Shown piece by piece: positions 11,596 to 24,200 of a stretch of DNA of 64,000 bases. The DNA comes from Asterionella formosa (lineage: Eukaryota), in NCBI GenBank assembly GCA_002256025.1, contig NKIB01004673.1, positions 62,001 to 126,000 of the forward strand, in the 5' to 3' direction. Made by a program: the position numbers and the translations under genes. Position 1 is the first letter of the stretch. The number at the start of each line of letters is the position of its first letter. Under the pieces are notes generated by a model. That model worked only from the letters and a program-made list of their open reading frames with translations. It did not search any database and had not been told where the DNA came from.

Positions 11596-14500
11596 TTAGG
11601 CACCGAAAAGAAGTCGAGTTGGGGGTTTCATGGGAGACGTCAGAGATGCTGGAGCCGTGGCCTTTTTCAAAAGCTTAAATAATCCAGTTCCCAGTGGAAT
11701 CGGAATTCCCATAATGATGCATTCACTTACGCCAACAATTGCGTCAGTTCGCCCATGAACTGCTGCATCAAACAGGTGATCAGTAGTTTTCTCAAATGAG
11801 GCTAGCATGAGTACACTTTCTCGCATTTTGGAAACGCCAAATCGAGTGATTCCAAGAACTTCTCCCTTAAATGTCATGACATCTGATAGCAGCAGAAGAT
11901 GGCGGCTATCAATGCCAATGCCATAAGCGTTCATAATATACGATATCTCGGAAGAAATTTGCGTCCTGGCGGCCTCGACGCCCAATGTCTGCTCAACCTC
12001 GATTATATGATTCGTAGTGGTGTGGCAGCCATCCACTCCTGGTGACCCCATCACTTCGGCTAGACCGCATCCTTCAATGAGTAAATGGTATGATGTTCGA
12101 CCACCCTTGTCTTCTTCGTTGATGACTGCGCGATTGACGGTTGCAATACCCTGCACAATTACTTGGGGCAACGTTGCTTTAAGCGCCTGCATGATAAAGA
12201 ATGTAGTAGGTGGTGTTGTTGTCGATCTTGAATCAGTGTGGGATGGAATGTAAACCCTTAACTTTGAGTTTGATCCGTGCTTGACCTTGACATGTTCGTC
12301 CTTTAATATTCTCAGTACAGCTGGTCTAGTTTGCCCTCGAGCACCCTTGAGAATTGAGGTGCGAACAGTCAAGGCATTGATATTCAGCTTCAATTGATCA
12401 ATAGTTTCTAGATCAAGTCGAACTGATACATAACATTGTCCTTTTGAGTAAACTTCCTTTATTTGTGACGATATCTCACCAAGGGTCGTCTTCTCTATTC
12501 CAGCTTTAACAATACGTGCACCAACTTTGTTGTCGTCTTGCTGCAGACGTGCAGTGATGATCGGGGTTGAGATTAGCTTCGATGCATTGATGATCTCTTT
12601 TAGCCGAGGTACACCGAGTGTGACATTCATGGACGAAACACCAGCGAAATGAAATGTTTTCAGAGTCATCTGAGTCCCTGGCTCACTAATACTCTGGGCT
12701 CCCATGGCACCTACAGCCTCACCAGGCTGAACATGTGACTTTTTAAACACAGCTAATGCCATTTGGAGAAAGAGAGAAAGCTGTGATGGCGTAAATCTTG
12801 AGTTATTCCATGTAAGTCGGTCAACTTCAAAACGAGAGAGCCCCGCATTACCGAGCAAACTTCTCTGCTTACCCGCCATCACTTTGAAGAAATCATGGAT
12901 TTCCTTATGGAACATGCGGCCATTCGGTAGAAGATTCTGGAAATCCTCACCTTCCATGATGTCGTTGACTGCAGCAACGAGATCATCGGGGAGCAATGCC
13001 AATTCTTCGCGGGCTGGAAGCATTTGACACACACGTAATCGTAGTCTGTCAAAGTCAACCGGGCGGTCGTTATTCTCCATCCTCTCTGGATTGAGATTAT
13101 CATCACCATACACAAATTGAACAACCGTGTTCTCGCTATTACGCACAGAATTGTCATATTGAAGCGAGAGATCCTCGAGAGCTTTCATTAATCGTCTAGC
13201 CATGTATCCAGTTTCTGCTGTCTTGACAGCTGTATCCACAAGACCTTCACGTCCACCCATGGTATGAAAAAAGAACTCAGTGGCAGCCAGTCCAGTATAA
13301 AAGGAATTCGCAACAAAGCCCTTTGCGGCAGGCGTGAGACTATGATATTCAAAATGAGGCAATGTTCGATCGACAAAGCCATCTTGAATACGTTTTCCTC
13401 CAACAGCTTGCTGTCCAACGCACGCTATCATCTGCGAAATATTGAGAGGACTTCCCTTTGACCCACATTCAGCCATGATACGGGGAGCGTTAGACCATGG
13501 CAAGGCTTTCATGGCCTCTTGACCAGCCGATTCGCGAAGTTTTCCAAGAATCCCATTTAGCATCTCTTCCAGAGACTGCAATAAATCACATCCCGGTCGA
13601 AGTTCAAGCTCTTTCTTGTTGTACAAATCAATGTTTCGTTCTGCTTTGACGAATCCATCTGTCAATATGTTATATTTCATGGCTTTCAATTTGTCAGATG
13701 GCGCCACATCTGATATTCCAATCGAAAACCCACGATGAAAACCAAACCAGCGGGAACAAAGCTTGGCCCATCGATCCAGCATATGGGCTGCCTCGAGCTG
13801 GCCGCAATCACGCATGAGAACATATAAAAGACCGGCCTTGCTCCCATCTCCGATAGTTTTCTTCGCCACGTTTCCACTGATTAGCTCGCTATCACGAAAT
13901 GCAACCCACCCATCGTTCGGACAAAATTGCTTTGCATTGAGATCAGAGACATAATTCTTTTCTTTCAAATCGAAGCTCACACGTGTATTTGAGTCTTTCG
14001 TTGGACGAATCATCAAGGAGAAAACTTGTTTGCCAGTCCACAGAGCGACAGGTTTGATAATGGCTGGGTATGGCAAATCAACTTGTTCATCAGCCGCTGC
14101 AAAATAGGCTACTAAGCGACAGAACTCCTCACGGGTGAAGAATTGGTCCCTTTGGGTCAGTAGATAAGAGGCAGATAGAAAATCTTGACTAGCTGCCACT
14201 AAAGGTTCTCCATTGCGAGGAGTTATCAAGTTTTGGTGAACACCCATCAGAAGTATCGCTTCAGCTCTTGCTTCTTCCGTTTGCGGCAAATGCATGTTCA
14301 TTTCGTCTCCATCAAAATCTGCATTGTAGGGTGCGCATACGCAAATGTTAAATCGGAAGGTTCTCCATTCCATTACCTTGACCCTATGAGCCATGATGGA
14401 AAGCTTGTGAAGGGACGGTTGTCGATTGAACAAGACGACATCACCGTCTTCCATGTGGCGCTCTACCACATCACCAACACGAAGAGATTTTGCTGCCTTT

Positions 14501-15873
14501 TCTCGATCTCCAAATGCCAGTGACTTGACAAAACCACCGGCCAAGCGAATCATATTGGCGCCAGGATGAACGCATGGTCCATTTCTGACACACAGTCGGA
14601 GTTTCTCCAAATTGTACCTACTAACAGATTCTGGATATGTCATAACTTTAGCGACTCGCTCCGGAACACCAACTTGATCGACTCTTAGGTTTGGGTCAGG
14701 TGAGATCACTGTACGAGCGGAGAAGTCAACGCGTTTACCAGATAAGTTTCCGCGAAAACGTCCTTGCTTGCCTTTCAACCTTTGACACAGCCCACGCATT
14801 GGCTTTGTTCCGATAGGACGTGGCAGTCCAGGCATTTCCCCATTGATGTACTGCGCCACTTGGGTCTGAAGGAAGTCCCATTCTTCCATGATTGTTCTAG
14901 TATGTGGCCCCTTGGTGAGGGCCAATTCAAGCGCGACGTTGACATCAATGATTTCTTGCAGTTTCACAGTGAGATCATCTTCGTTCGACCCCCCTCCAAG
15001 ATCCATGGCCACCGAGGGTCGAATAGGCACCGGGGGAACCAACAAATGTTGAATGATGAGATTTTCCGGCCGACCAAAGAACGGATTCGTCCATATGGTT
15101 TCACAGTCGTCGTCCGGAATTTTCGCGAATAGTTCCAATACTCGAGTCGGAAGCATGTCTTCCATAGGAGGTGAGCTAGCCTTGATAAGGGGTTGAATCT
15201 CCTTGTTGAGCTCCATGGCGCTTTCTAGTGAATTGTATAGTTCTTCGAGTTCATCCTCCATATGTCTGCCTTTGTATCGTTCATGAACAAGTTTTAGCGT
15301 GGGGGCACCTGCAACTTTTTTGACAGTTCCATTTACTGCGTGGCAGTGTGGACAATGCTTGACCTTCTTGCACTTTTCAATAATCTTCTTAAACTGCGAC
15401 GACTTCGCCAGCACGTCGGACCTTGGATGACGCATTTTCCGAAGGTACTGCTGTGCTTCACTTTCAACTAGTAGCACTCGCGAGCAAGTCTTACAGATAC
15501 ATTGCAGGATATGAAGCGTGTGTCGAATGTATCCAATGTGAAAAACAGGAAGCGCCAACTTGATGTATCCATAGTGGCCTGCGCAATCCACAAGCTTTCG
15601 CTTGCAAGTCGCACAACTCGATATCTTGTCCGACACTCCCAGCCTTGGATCCAAGCAACCGCCCTTGGCAGCTGTTCGGGATGGCATAGAAAAGAGCTCT
15701 CTGGTACACACTTGAAATTCTGCCAGGCGTTGCACTTCATCCGAACTAAGCAAGCCAAATTGAAGGTGCGAGATTTTCTTAGGCGCAAGGTCCTCCTTTA
15801 CGAGGATCTTTCTTTGCGTTGGATTGTCCTCGTCATCCTCGAAGCCGCCATTCGATGATCCCCCAGACATCAT
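11596..15873 (-). CDS. RPC1: DNA-directed RNA polymerase III largest subunit (C160)
   Basis: Catalytic YNADFDGDEMN, CAGHYGYIKL zinc motif, RFRGNLSGKRVDFSARTVI, TQMTLKTFHFAGV, and LASFEKTTDHLFDAA. No heptad CTD. Probable start MMSGG at 15873. Confidence 0.95.
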   Translation of the reverse strand: MMSGGSSNGGFEDDEDNPTQRKILVKEDLAPKKISHLQFGLLSSDEVQRLAEFQVCTRELFSMPSRTAAKGGCLDPRLGVSDKISSCATCKRKLVDCAGHYGYIKLALPVFHIGYIRHTLHILQCICKTCSRVLLVESEAQQYLRKMRHPRSDVLAKSSQFKKIIEKCKKVKHCPHCHAVNGTVKKVAGAPTLKLVHERYKGRHMEDELEELYNSLESAMELNKEIQPLIKASSPPMEDMLPTRVLELFAKIPDDDCETIWTNPFFGRPENLIIQHLLVPPVPIRPSVAMDLGGGSNEDDLTVKLQEIIDVNVALELALTKGPHTRTIMEEWDFLQTQVAQYINGEMPGLPRPIGTKPMRGLCQRLKGKQGRFRGNLSGKRVDFSARTVISPDPNLRVDQVGVPERVAKVMTYPESVSRYNLEKLRLCVRNGPCVHPGANMIRLAGGFVKSLAFGDREKAAKSLRVGDVVERHMEDGDVVLFNRQPSLHKLSIMAHRVKVMEWRTFRFNICVCAPYNADFDGDEMNMHLPQTEEARAEAILLMGVHQNLITPRNGEPLVAASQDFLSASYLLTQRDQFFTREEFCRLVAYFAAADEQVDLPYPAIIKPVALWTGKQVFSLMIRPTKDSNTRVSFDLKEKNYVSDLNAKQFCPNDGWVAFRDSELISGNVAKKTIGDGSKAGLLYVLMRDCGQLEAAHMLDRWAKLCSRWFGFHRGFSIGISDVAPSDKLKAMKYNILTDGFVKAERNIDLYNKKELELRPGCDLLQSLEEMLNGILGKLRESAGQEAMKALPWSNAPRIMAECGSKGSPLNISQMIACVGQQAVGGKRIQDGFVDRTLPHFEYHSLTPAAKGFVANSFYTGLAATEFFFHTMGGREGLVDTAVKTAETGYMARRLMKALEDLSLQYDNSVRNSENTVVQFVYGDDNLNPERMENNDRPVDFDRLRLRVCQMLPAREELALLPDDLVAAVNDIMEGEDFQNLLPNGRMFHKEIHDFFKVMAGKQRSLLGNAGLSRFEVDRLTWNNSRFTPSQLSLFLQMALAVFKKSHVQPGEAVGAMGAQSISEPGTQMTLKTFHFAGVSSMNVTLGVPRLKEIINASKLISTPIITARLQQDDNKVGARIVKAGIEKTTLGEISSQIKEVYSKGQCYVSVRLDLETIDQLKLNINALTVRTSILKGARGQTRPAVLRILKDEHVKVKHGSNSKLRVYIPSHTDSRSTTTPPTTFFIMQALKATLPQVIVQGIATVNRAVINEEDKGGRTSYHLLIEGCGLAEVMGSPGVDGCHTTTNHIIEVEQTLGVEAARTQISSEISYIMNAYGIGIDSRHLLLLSDVMTFKGEVLGITRFGVSKMRESVLMLASFEKTTDHLFDAAVHGRTDAIVGVSECIIMGIPIPLGTGLFKLLKKATAPASLTSPMKPPTRLLFGA

Positions 15874-17639
15874 GATGGATGCTTGTGTGGCTAGATGTGA
15901 AAAAGAGTTTGAGCGGGTGTATGGGGACGAGGGACAGATATAGCTATGTAAAAGGCAGCCATCAGCCAACAGGAGAGAATATATTTTATGATGATTTTTA
16001 GGTTATTATCTTTGCTTGTGTTTTTTTGTTGACTATGATATTATTTCCCGGTTATAATAATAAAGTTATAGAAGCTATACCGGGTATTGTAACCATGAAT
16101 TCGAACCAAATTACAAAGCTGCCGGTAGTACCGGTATTTCCTTGGATAAATGAACCGGTATGCTTTCTACATTACACGTAAAAAATATGCTGTGTTACCG
16201 GTATGCATGAGGAGGAAAATAAGAAGCACATTTTCGTTTATCACATTTGGACCGAGCGAACAGATCCGAGTTGTCTGTATGGCTGCTGTGCACCACCCAT
16301 GTGTTTTAGCTAGTAATACCGGTAGTATGAAATATTTATACTTCTGTGGGTATTTTCGATGCATAGCAATACAAGCAAAGTAGGGGGCACGAGCTTTAAT
16401 ACTTTCATAAATAACCAGAAGCACCTCTTATATTCCATTTATTTCCGTGACGAGAGGAAAAATCACTATCCCTCAAACCTTTGCTTCAGTGATGTAAATA
16501 TGGTACCAGGTACCAGGTACCCTGGTACCTATAATGTTGACTGTTACTACAATAATATGTGAAATAATTTAGATGAATTCAATCTTGTTCTCTAATCTTG
16601 TTGGAACCATACTATAATTGTTACAGCATTTTCAGGATGTAAGGGTTCCCAAATACAAACATCATTATCAAACCCAATATTTTACCAATTTTCTTACATG
16701 ATTCCACTCCTACTGCAAACAATGAGGGTTCAACACTCGATTTCCGAAACCATTCTATTCCTTGCTGCTCAATGTTAAAAATAGCCCTAGCTAGGTCAAA
16801 ACTTGAAGCAGGGATTATGGAAACATTTTCAAACTTTCTTCATGAAATCATTATCGAAATATTTTTGAGGCTTGCCGTCATCCATGAAATCAACATTGAA
16901 AAAACTTTTGAACATGAAATGGTTGAACAGAATGACACCCTTGGGTTTTACATCCAGAAACCAAATGATCCACCCATGTTATAGCTAACAATCATAGTAC
17001 ATTTAGAATGGTCCTGGCAATATAATTTGCTAATAAATATGACACTCTTTGCATTTTGATGTTGACCCACTCACAACATTAAGCATGCCAAAGACAAGAA
17101 ATATCATGTTGCTTTCTCTTGGTGATGTTATGAATGAAATGATTGACAGCTGCTTGCTTGCTTGCCGTTGCTGATGATGATATAGAACAATGAAGGCCCC
17201 CAACAGCAGGGGTAACAAGCCCAACATCTAGCAAGCTCATGGCAGGCATGACAGGCAAATTGTACTGCTTGCATTGATGTCAGGAAGCGTTTTGGGGAGA
17301 ATTACACCTGATAATCTGTTGTCAAGCAATTATTTGAAGCTTTTTACATAATGCTCTGACTTGTTCACTCCAAGCAGTTCTTATCCATGATGCTGGAATG
17401 TGAATGTCATCTGAGCGAACCACACCTTCAATAGGTCTAAGAACAATATGTAACATTACAATGCCTTCTCATATCAATCCCAACACAAATAAAGTTTGAC
17501 AATGTTCAAAGCTATAATATATATATCTTCATTTTTATGGCGTCTTGAAACTGTTCCACTGAGATAGAATAAGTCTTATGACCCCCCCCTTGCAACATAG
17601 TTAGCAAAGATCAGTCCAAGAACAAACTTGGTTACGCCT

Positions 17640-18260
17640 GCCGTATTAATAACTGAATTTATTTCATGCCTTTATGCTACTCTGTAGTGGGTAGAGGAAC
17701 CGTCACGGCGTTCCCTCGAAAACTAAGTCTGAGTTTTAAGATAACAAGAAAAGTCACCCAGTGGCAGCCCAACATACATGGTGACTCTAGGCGCTAGTCG
17801 GGCGGGGGCAGTGGTGTATACTCTCTCAAATGAGGGGAAGTGATGAACATTTGTGATCCATGTTGGCGTCACGTATGGAAGCGCTATGCCAGGGTAGAGC
17901 AAGATATCCTCGGACCGCCCAGATTCCAGTTGAGTAGCTCGAATAGAGATTTTCACCAAATCAGAGATACTGTCGTTCATATACAGTTGATTTATTAGAT
18001 GAGAACTGCCCCTAATGCATACCCTGTTCTATGGTTATGTCATCCATGTTGAGGCCCCCCTTGGATTTTGGGCCATAAAGAACAGAAAGGGGAAAATTCT
18101 GGTTGCAGCCCATAAATGAATTATTTTCAGACGTGACAGTTTTGGAATGCCTGAGTCTTTTTCGAGGAGAACTGAGACTGCGTGATGCCATCGGCTTTGG
18201 TGCAAACCCCTGTTGGACGGAAATGTTCAGCACTGTTGTGGATCGTTCATTCTTCATATA
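17640..18260 (-). mobile_element. Non-LTR retrotransposon (LINE) 3' fragment
   Basis: MGCNQNFPLSVLYGPKSKGGLNMDDITIEQG followed by ISIRATQLESG..PYVTPTWIT resembles the post-RT region of LINE ORF2. A GC-rich, hairpin-prone tail ending in AATAAA follows. Confidence 0.6.
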
Positions 18261-19419
18261 GCTAATTACTGATCGGTGTGGGACAGTAATTTATGGTGTC
18301 TTTAAGTAATTTTTACTAAGGGGCAATATAAGGGAAGCAATGGCTTAGTGGTTAGCAAACTTTCTATAGTGGCGGGTTTGATATTGCTCTGCATGGTTTA
18401 CCAGTCTTTTTTATGTAGTCCCTAGGGTTCTGGGGTGTGTGGCTGCCTGATGAAAAGACAGGTCCCATTGTACAATACAGATTAATAAAACTGGTACTAA
18501 TTGTTTTCATTCATATATGGGCATAGATAGCTTTAATGTACTATAAGATTTTATTTCAATCTTAGTTAGGGGCATAGTGGATTTGTTGCTAGTACAGCCA
18601 ATTTTAGGTTTGAGGAGTGCGGAAACCATTTTCTCACTTTTTCACTCATCTCCAGCAGCTGATCAGGTAGTGCTCTCAATCAGAGATAAGGCGCCATGTT
18701 TAAGGAATTGAAATTGTTTTACGCCAAAGCATGAAGGTGCGTCCTGCCACTTTCTTAGACTTAACATAAACTTCTTGCCTGTGCATTATTTCTTACCTAT
18801 CATCGTGATTCTGTTTATTTCAGGAGTGCTTCTTCAGAGACACCATCGCTGTCTCAATGCTCTTTTTTTACAATTGAAGGATCAGTGAATTGTCGAAAGA
18901 TTGGAAAGGAAACAGTCAGATCTGGTTCTTGCATGCAAATGATGTAAGTAGCCCAAGTTGGTGAAGGTTTTGTTGTTGCATTGTTTATGCATGCTATTTC
19001 TCAACTGTTCTCTTGCTTCTGTCATTGAAGTGCTTCACTGTCAACATCGTTCAGAGCGCTCAAATTCTCATTGATTGGTAAAGGATTGGAGAATTGCGAT
19101 GATGGCAATGCTTGGGCTCGATTTCCAACAGATGATTCAAACATTTTCAGAAATTCTATATTGCTGTAGGACTCAATAATGTATTCGTTTCTTGTTAAAA
19201 TAGCAACAAATTAAATATTAACGTTGGTAAAAGAATATAGTATTATTGCTATTAGTTTTGCCATAACCATAAAACGATTATCCTCATGCTGTATTACTCC
19301 TGGGTTTCACAAATGAGTTATTGGGTCCCATTCAAGGGCTACCTTCTTTTATTTTGTCCAAGTCAAGGTACACCTTGGCTGTATGGGCATGTCCAAAACA
19401 TGGTACTATACCTTACAAC

Positions 19420-19620
19420 AAGGTGCACCTTGTATTGGATATTAAAATCTATTTTGGAGAAACTATTCATACCTTGTATTGGAAAAAAATTCTAGTCATT
19501 TCGTGAAATACCTTGTATCAAATAAAAGAGCCTATGGTATTTCCTTGTATTGGCAAAAGCACGGATTCGCAACCCTAACGATGATGCTAGTACCCAATAC
19601 AAGGTCAACCTTGTTTTGGT
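19420..19620. repeat. Cluster of ACCTTGTATTGG motifs in both orientations (subterminal-repeat-like)
   Basis: Copies near 19427, 19471, 19510, 19543 and 19608, with an inverted copy near 19595. Confidence 0.6.
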
Positions 19621-20558
19621 AAATTACTTTTTCACCTTTGGGTCATTCTTCTCATTTTCGATTTGGTATCATATTTTTTGAAAAAGTATCATGCAACCAC
19701 GGCTACTCGATTTTTACCGAAAAAATCCATTCTCCACAAAAACAAAATTAAAATTGTATCACCAAAAAGTATCACGACCATTCAACGGTTAAGTTAAGGT
19801 CTTGCTTTGATACCATCAAGTTACCGTTGCTGATACCGTGTTTTGATACCAACCGTCACTTTTTGCCCGCATCATCCCGGAAACAATTTATGTACAGTAC
19901 CAGGTAGTACAGCAGATTCGGAATGATAAGAACGGCCCTTTTCGTAGTAGCTAAACAAGGTTTTTTCGTTTCCTGTGTACTCTGGGACCAGGTACCAGGT
20001 AGGGTACTGGTACCAGGTACCCTGGCAGGGGGTACCGTTAGCTGATCATGATGCTGTGCTCTCCTCTATTATAATAGCCACCCGGCACCAGGTAGTAGTC
20101 TACCGGTATATAAAATGTATATGCATCGTACCGGTATATGATACTGAATACTGAGTATCACACCGTCTCGCAATCGATTGACGGGCGAGTAATATATTTA
20201 CATACATATTACCGGTACTATGTTTTCCCGGTATCTGGTACCGGGTAGTTTAATCGCCATAATCGCTTGCTTTTAAAAAAATATTCTTTTTTTCTTATAT
20301 TGGTAGGTAGCTTCATTCATCCTGCAATGCCTTGGTCATCGCACGATGTCATTAATCTCATCTTAACTTGTTGCTGCCCCTCGATCTGAAAGCCTTTCAA
20401 ATTGTCAATAACTCAATACAGAATCTTCGAACGAAAACAAATTGGAATTGATTCACACGAGTAGTTTATACATTAGCTGAATAGTCAAGCACACAATTTG
20501 ACACCTAAACTGACACCGATACAATAAGCAAACTCAAACGAGAATACCGGTAATCTCG

Positions 20559-23541
20559 ATGAAGTCAATTCTCTTCCTACTTTTCCTTGTCACAAGAATA
20601 TCCAGAAGCGATGTTAATGTTCAGTTTGATATGAACCGGGGCTTGAAACCTGTAGAGCACTCTCCTCAAGGAAAAACAACTCTTCAAATCCTCACAGAAG
20701 TGTTATTCGAAGCTACTTCGCCTTACACGGACGTTTCAAGCAGTAAAGGAAGCAGCGAGCAAACAAATAACTATGTGGTCACCGGCACAAAATCGAAATG
20801 GAGAAGGAGAATAAGACAGTCTCTAGGAAGTGTCGCTACTGCACTTCGATTGACTACTGGACTGGCAATAGATGTTATATCTACCACGATTGCTTCGGCA
20901 GCCATGGCAGCAGCATCTTTGGAGCAAGAATCACGATCATTTACTAGCGAGACATGCCCAGTAGTATCAGAACTTGCTACGAAAAAGCCAAAGCTCAGAG
21001 CAGAACGAACAAGCTCTCAACAAACCGAACGAACAAACTCTCATGTAGAGGTCGACGACATGTCCTTCGATTCCGAAACGATTCAAGGAGCAAAACTCAT
21101 AGCCGCATCATTTGGAATCCTTGGTAACACGCTTGGATTAATTGCTGATAGTATTCGAATATCTGGCGATACTGCAGCAGGGATTCTTGGATCCACTGTC
21201 AAAGTAGTCGGCAGCGCTGTACAAACCTTAAGCACAAGCTTTGACAATGCAGGAAGACTGATTGAGCCTCACGAATCTCACAAAGGTCGCAAGAGACTTA
21301 CTTCTGAAAGATTACTGTACAAAAAGGAGCGAAGATTGGCTGGAGGCGAAGATGAGAATTTCGAGCGAAGAATAAACGGATTTTTCCTTAACAGTAGGCA
21401 CATCACTTCCAAAGGAATGAGGTATGATATCATTTTCGAGTTGTTATCTTTTGTGCTGTCGCATCAATATGATTGATACTCGATCTGACTTTCATGATTT
21501 GATTTTTCCAGATTGGTTGGTAATGTTGTGCGAGGACTAGGGGACTCGTTAGTGCTTGTTGGCGGTGCAACTGAGTCATTAGCATCGTCTACGGTCGGCC
21601 TAGCTGAAGACTCGGTACGAATGTTCGAAGACGTCGCTGGATCAATCGCCGCATCTCTGATTCCGATGGATCCAAAAACTCCAATGAAAGTTAAGCTGAA
21701 GGAAGGGACGATAGTTGAAGAAGATGACGATCCTGGTCCGGGTACAAATTCCTTATTTTCGTTCGGTTCGAACGACGACCAGGAATATCTATTTGGAACC
21801 AACACACCCATGAAGACTGGTAATGTTCTCATCAATATCCTGGAGCGCTACCAAGCCCATTTTATTGAGTTCATTGTTTTTGTTTTTGATGAGATCCATG
21901 GAGTGCCAAGCCTTGCACCCGAGATATTTGGAATTCTTGGCATCTGCTATTTCACGTGTCTGTACTGGATATCAAGAGCTATGCGCGAAAGAAATATGAA
22001 AATCCATAGCCATGTTCCTAAGCTTCCTGCTGCAGGCCCACGTGGCGGAAAACCTTTATATTGTCCCCAGAAATCTATTCTAACGAAAATCAGTCCAGTA
22101 CTCGTTCTGCCCTTCAAGGGCACGTTTTTGGTCGTTGGTTGCATTTATCGAGTTGTCTTGGATCGACGTATAGTCTTATTGTATCTTTTCACTTTTGCAT
22201 GGGCATATCTTTCGTGGGCTTCACAGATTCGATCGTTTGCGATCCAACGACATGCGGAAGGCAAAGGATTCCGCTCCGCAATCGCTTCGATTGGAACGAC
22301 AGTGCCTTCGCGATCTGAACCAGTACTTTGGGTGAACGCGTTATTTAATCAAATCTGGCAAACTCGTGGACCTGAAAGCAAGAAACCAACGTCTGGGAAA
22401 ACACACCCAATCTTTGTGGATCGAGCTATGAAGCGGACAAATTATGAAAATCAAACCTGTCATACCTGCCCACAAGAAAATGGAGAATGTCCGGAAGAAT
22501 GTTTCATCGTTTTCGGTGGACTAGAGCCTATTATTGCAGGAATCATTGGAAATTACTTTATGGAAGTTTTTCAGGCCTCCAAGTCATCAGGACCAACAGA
22601 TGTGGCTTACGTGTCAATACACTCAATCACATTAGGGAGTCAGCCTCCCCTGATTCGTGGTGTCGAGTTATTGGGGAAAGAGAGAGGAGGGGAGCGATAT
22701 GAGTATGAACTGGACGTTCTTTTTCTATTTGAAGATATGGAGATAATTCTTGGTAAGTTGATGCCACGCTATTGCGCCTTCCTTCCTATTTCAACTCACA
22801 AGACCTGTAGATGTGAAACTTTCGAATTTGGACTACGCACTGTTACCGACCACCAAGATTTCTGTCCACTCGTTCGAAGCCGTATTGCCATTGAAAGTGT
22901 CTGTCGCATCAACTCATGAGTATCCATATATTTCTACCATAGACTTTTCCCTCAGTAAATCACCTGAGTGTAACATACGTATCACGCCTTTGAGCGATGA
23001 CAGCGGTCTCCGTGGAATTGACTTGGGATCTCTTCCTGTGATTCGAGAATGGATCCAGCGAGTCATCCATGACACTTTTTCTGATTATGTGGCACCAAAA
23101 TTCGTGTCATTTGATTACGCCGCTTGGATGACATTAGTACCCGAAAATTCTGTTTCCCCCGTAACCGACATAAGTCTCGTTCGACAAAAGGCGCAGTGTC
23201 CTGTGAATTATCAAAGCTCATCCCATGGCGCGACCATTACCAGCAAAGCGATACAGTCTCGGCAACCGGCTGGCCACACCGCATTTTTCAATGACAAGCA
23301 TGTTTCTACTTCGCTTGTTCGCCCAAATACAGAGCTTTCAAAACTCGGGATGGAGCGCTGGTTGGCCAAAATTGTAGATCCTGAAATTTCTACCGATAAG
23401 GACATCACACAAGAAAAGGAACGAACAAGCCCGCTGCCCAGAATTCTTGCTCAACCCCTTGCACTTTTATCTCCCATTTTGCTTGCTGTGGCAGCAGTAG
23501 TTTTACGTGCCAATACTGCTAATGATAAGTCAGAAGCGTGA
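20559..23541 (+). CDS. Membrane protein with an SMP (synaptotagmin-like lipid-transfer) domain; 3 exons
   Basis: Three consecutive ORFs joined by GT-AG introns (~21422-21511, ~22753-22810). Hydrophobic N-terminus and TM segments, followed by SMP-like EPVLWVNALFNQIW, ITLGSQPPLIRGV and LPVIREWIQRVI..YVAPK. Confidence 0.7.
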
Positions 23542-23913
23542 TTTCATCATACCCTTTAAGCGAACAGCAATGACAGAGGAAGGGTAAGTTTTCCGGCGTA
23601 TATGTTTCATTCTCCGACTCGTTAATTGTCAACATTGATTGCGCATCTAGTCGCACATTCCTTTGCTGTCTTCGTTCGAGCAAGAATGTTCATCCTTTTA
23701 TGGAATACTTCCCATTACATGATCTTACCATGTGCATGTTGACAATTACTTGAGCTATCATGCACAAGTTGGATTTTGGGTATTGCGATGATATCAATCT
23801 GTATGGCAAAATATTGATGTGCTTTGACAAAGGGAACATGTTGGATCAGCAGGGTCAGGGTAGGGATTGTCACACATGGTCTCAGTCAATTGCTGGTAAA
23901 TAAATTCAGCAAT

Positions 23914-24200
23914 AAGCTGAAAATATATTTCACTTTACACTTTGTAATATTGTGGTCTATCTGTTAATAGTCTATCTAGTCTTGTTCTTGCCTGATCATT
24001 CATGTAATCCTGACCAAGACATCTCACACTTTCCTTGATCTTGTCAATATGATCTTGCTTGATTTGACAATAAGTAAGCATATTCACTTGTCAATAATTA
24101 AGCATCTCAAATCATTTGTCAATAAGTGTCAAAGCATGTCTTGGTTTCTAATCACTAAAAATATTGATCCTTGACTCATTAAATTCCATATAATTTATCA
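23914..24200 (-). repeat. 3' LTR (alignable part)
   Basis: Aligns with 26918-27244. Begins TGATAAA on the minus strand right after the PPT. Confidence 0.85.

Noticed and set aside
7506..15858. Short antisense or alternate-frame ORFs over the coiled-coil gene and RPC1
   Set aside because: Shadow ORFs of long genuine coding sequences.
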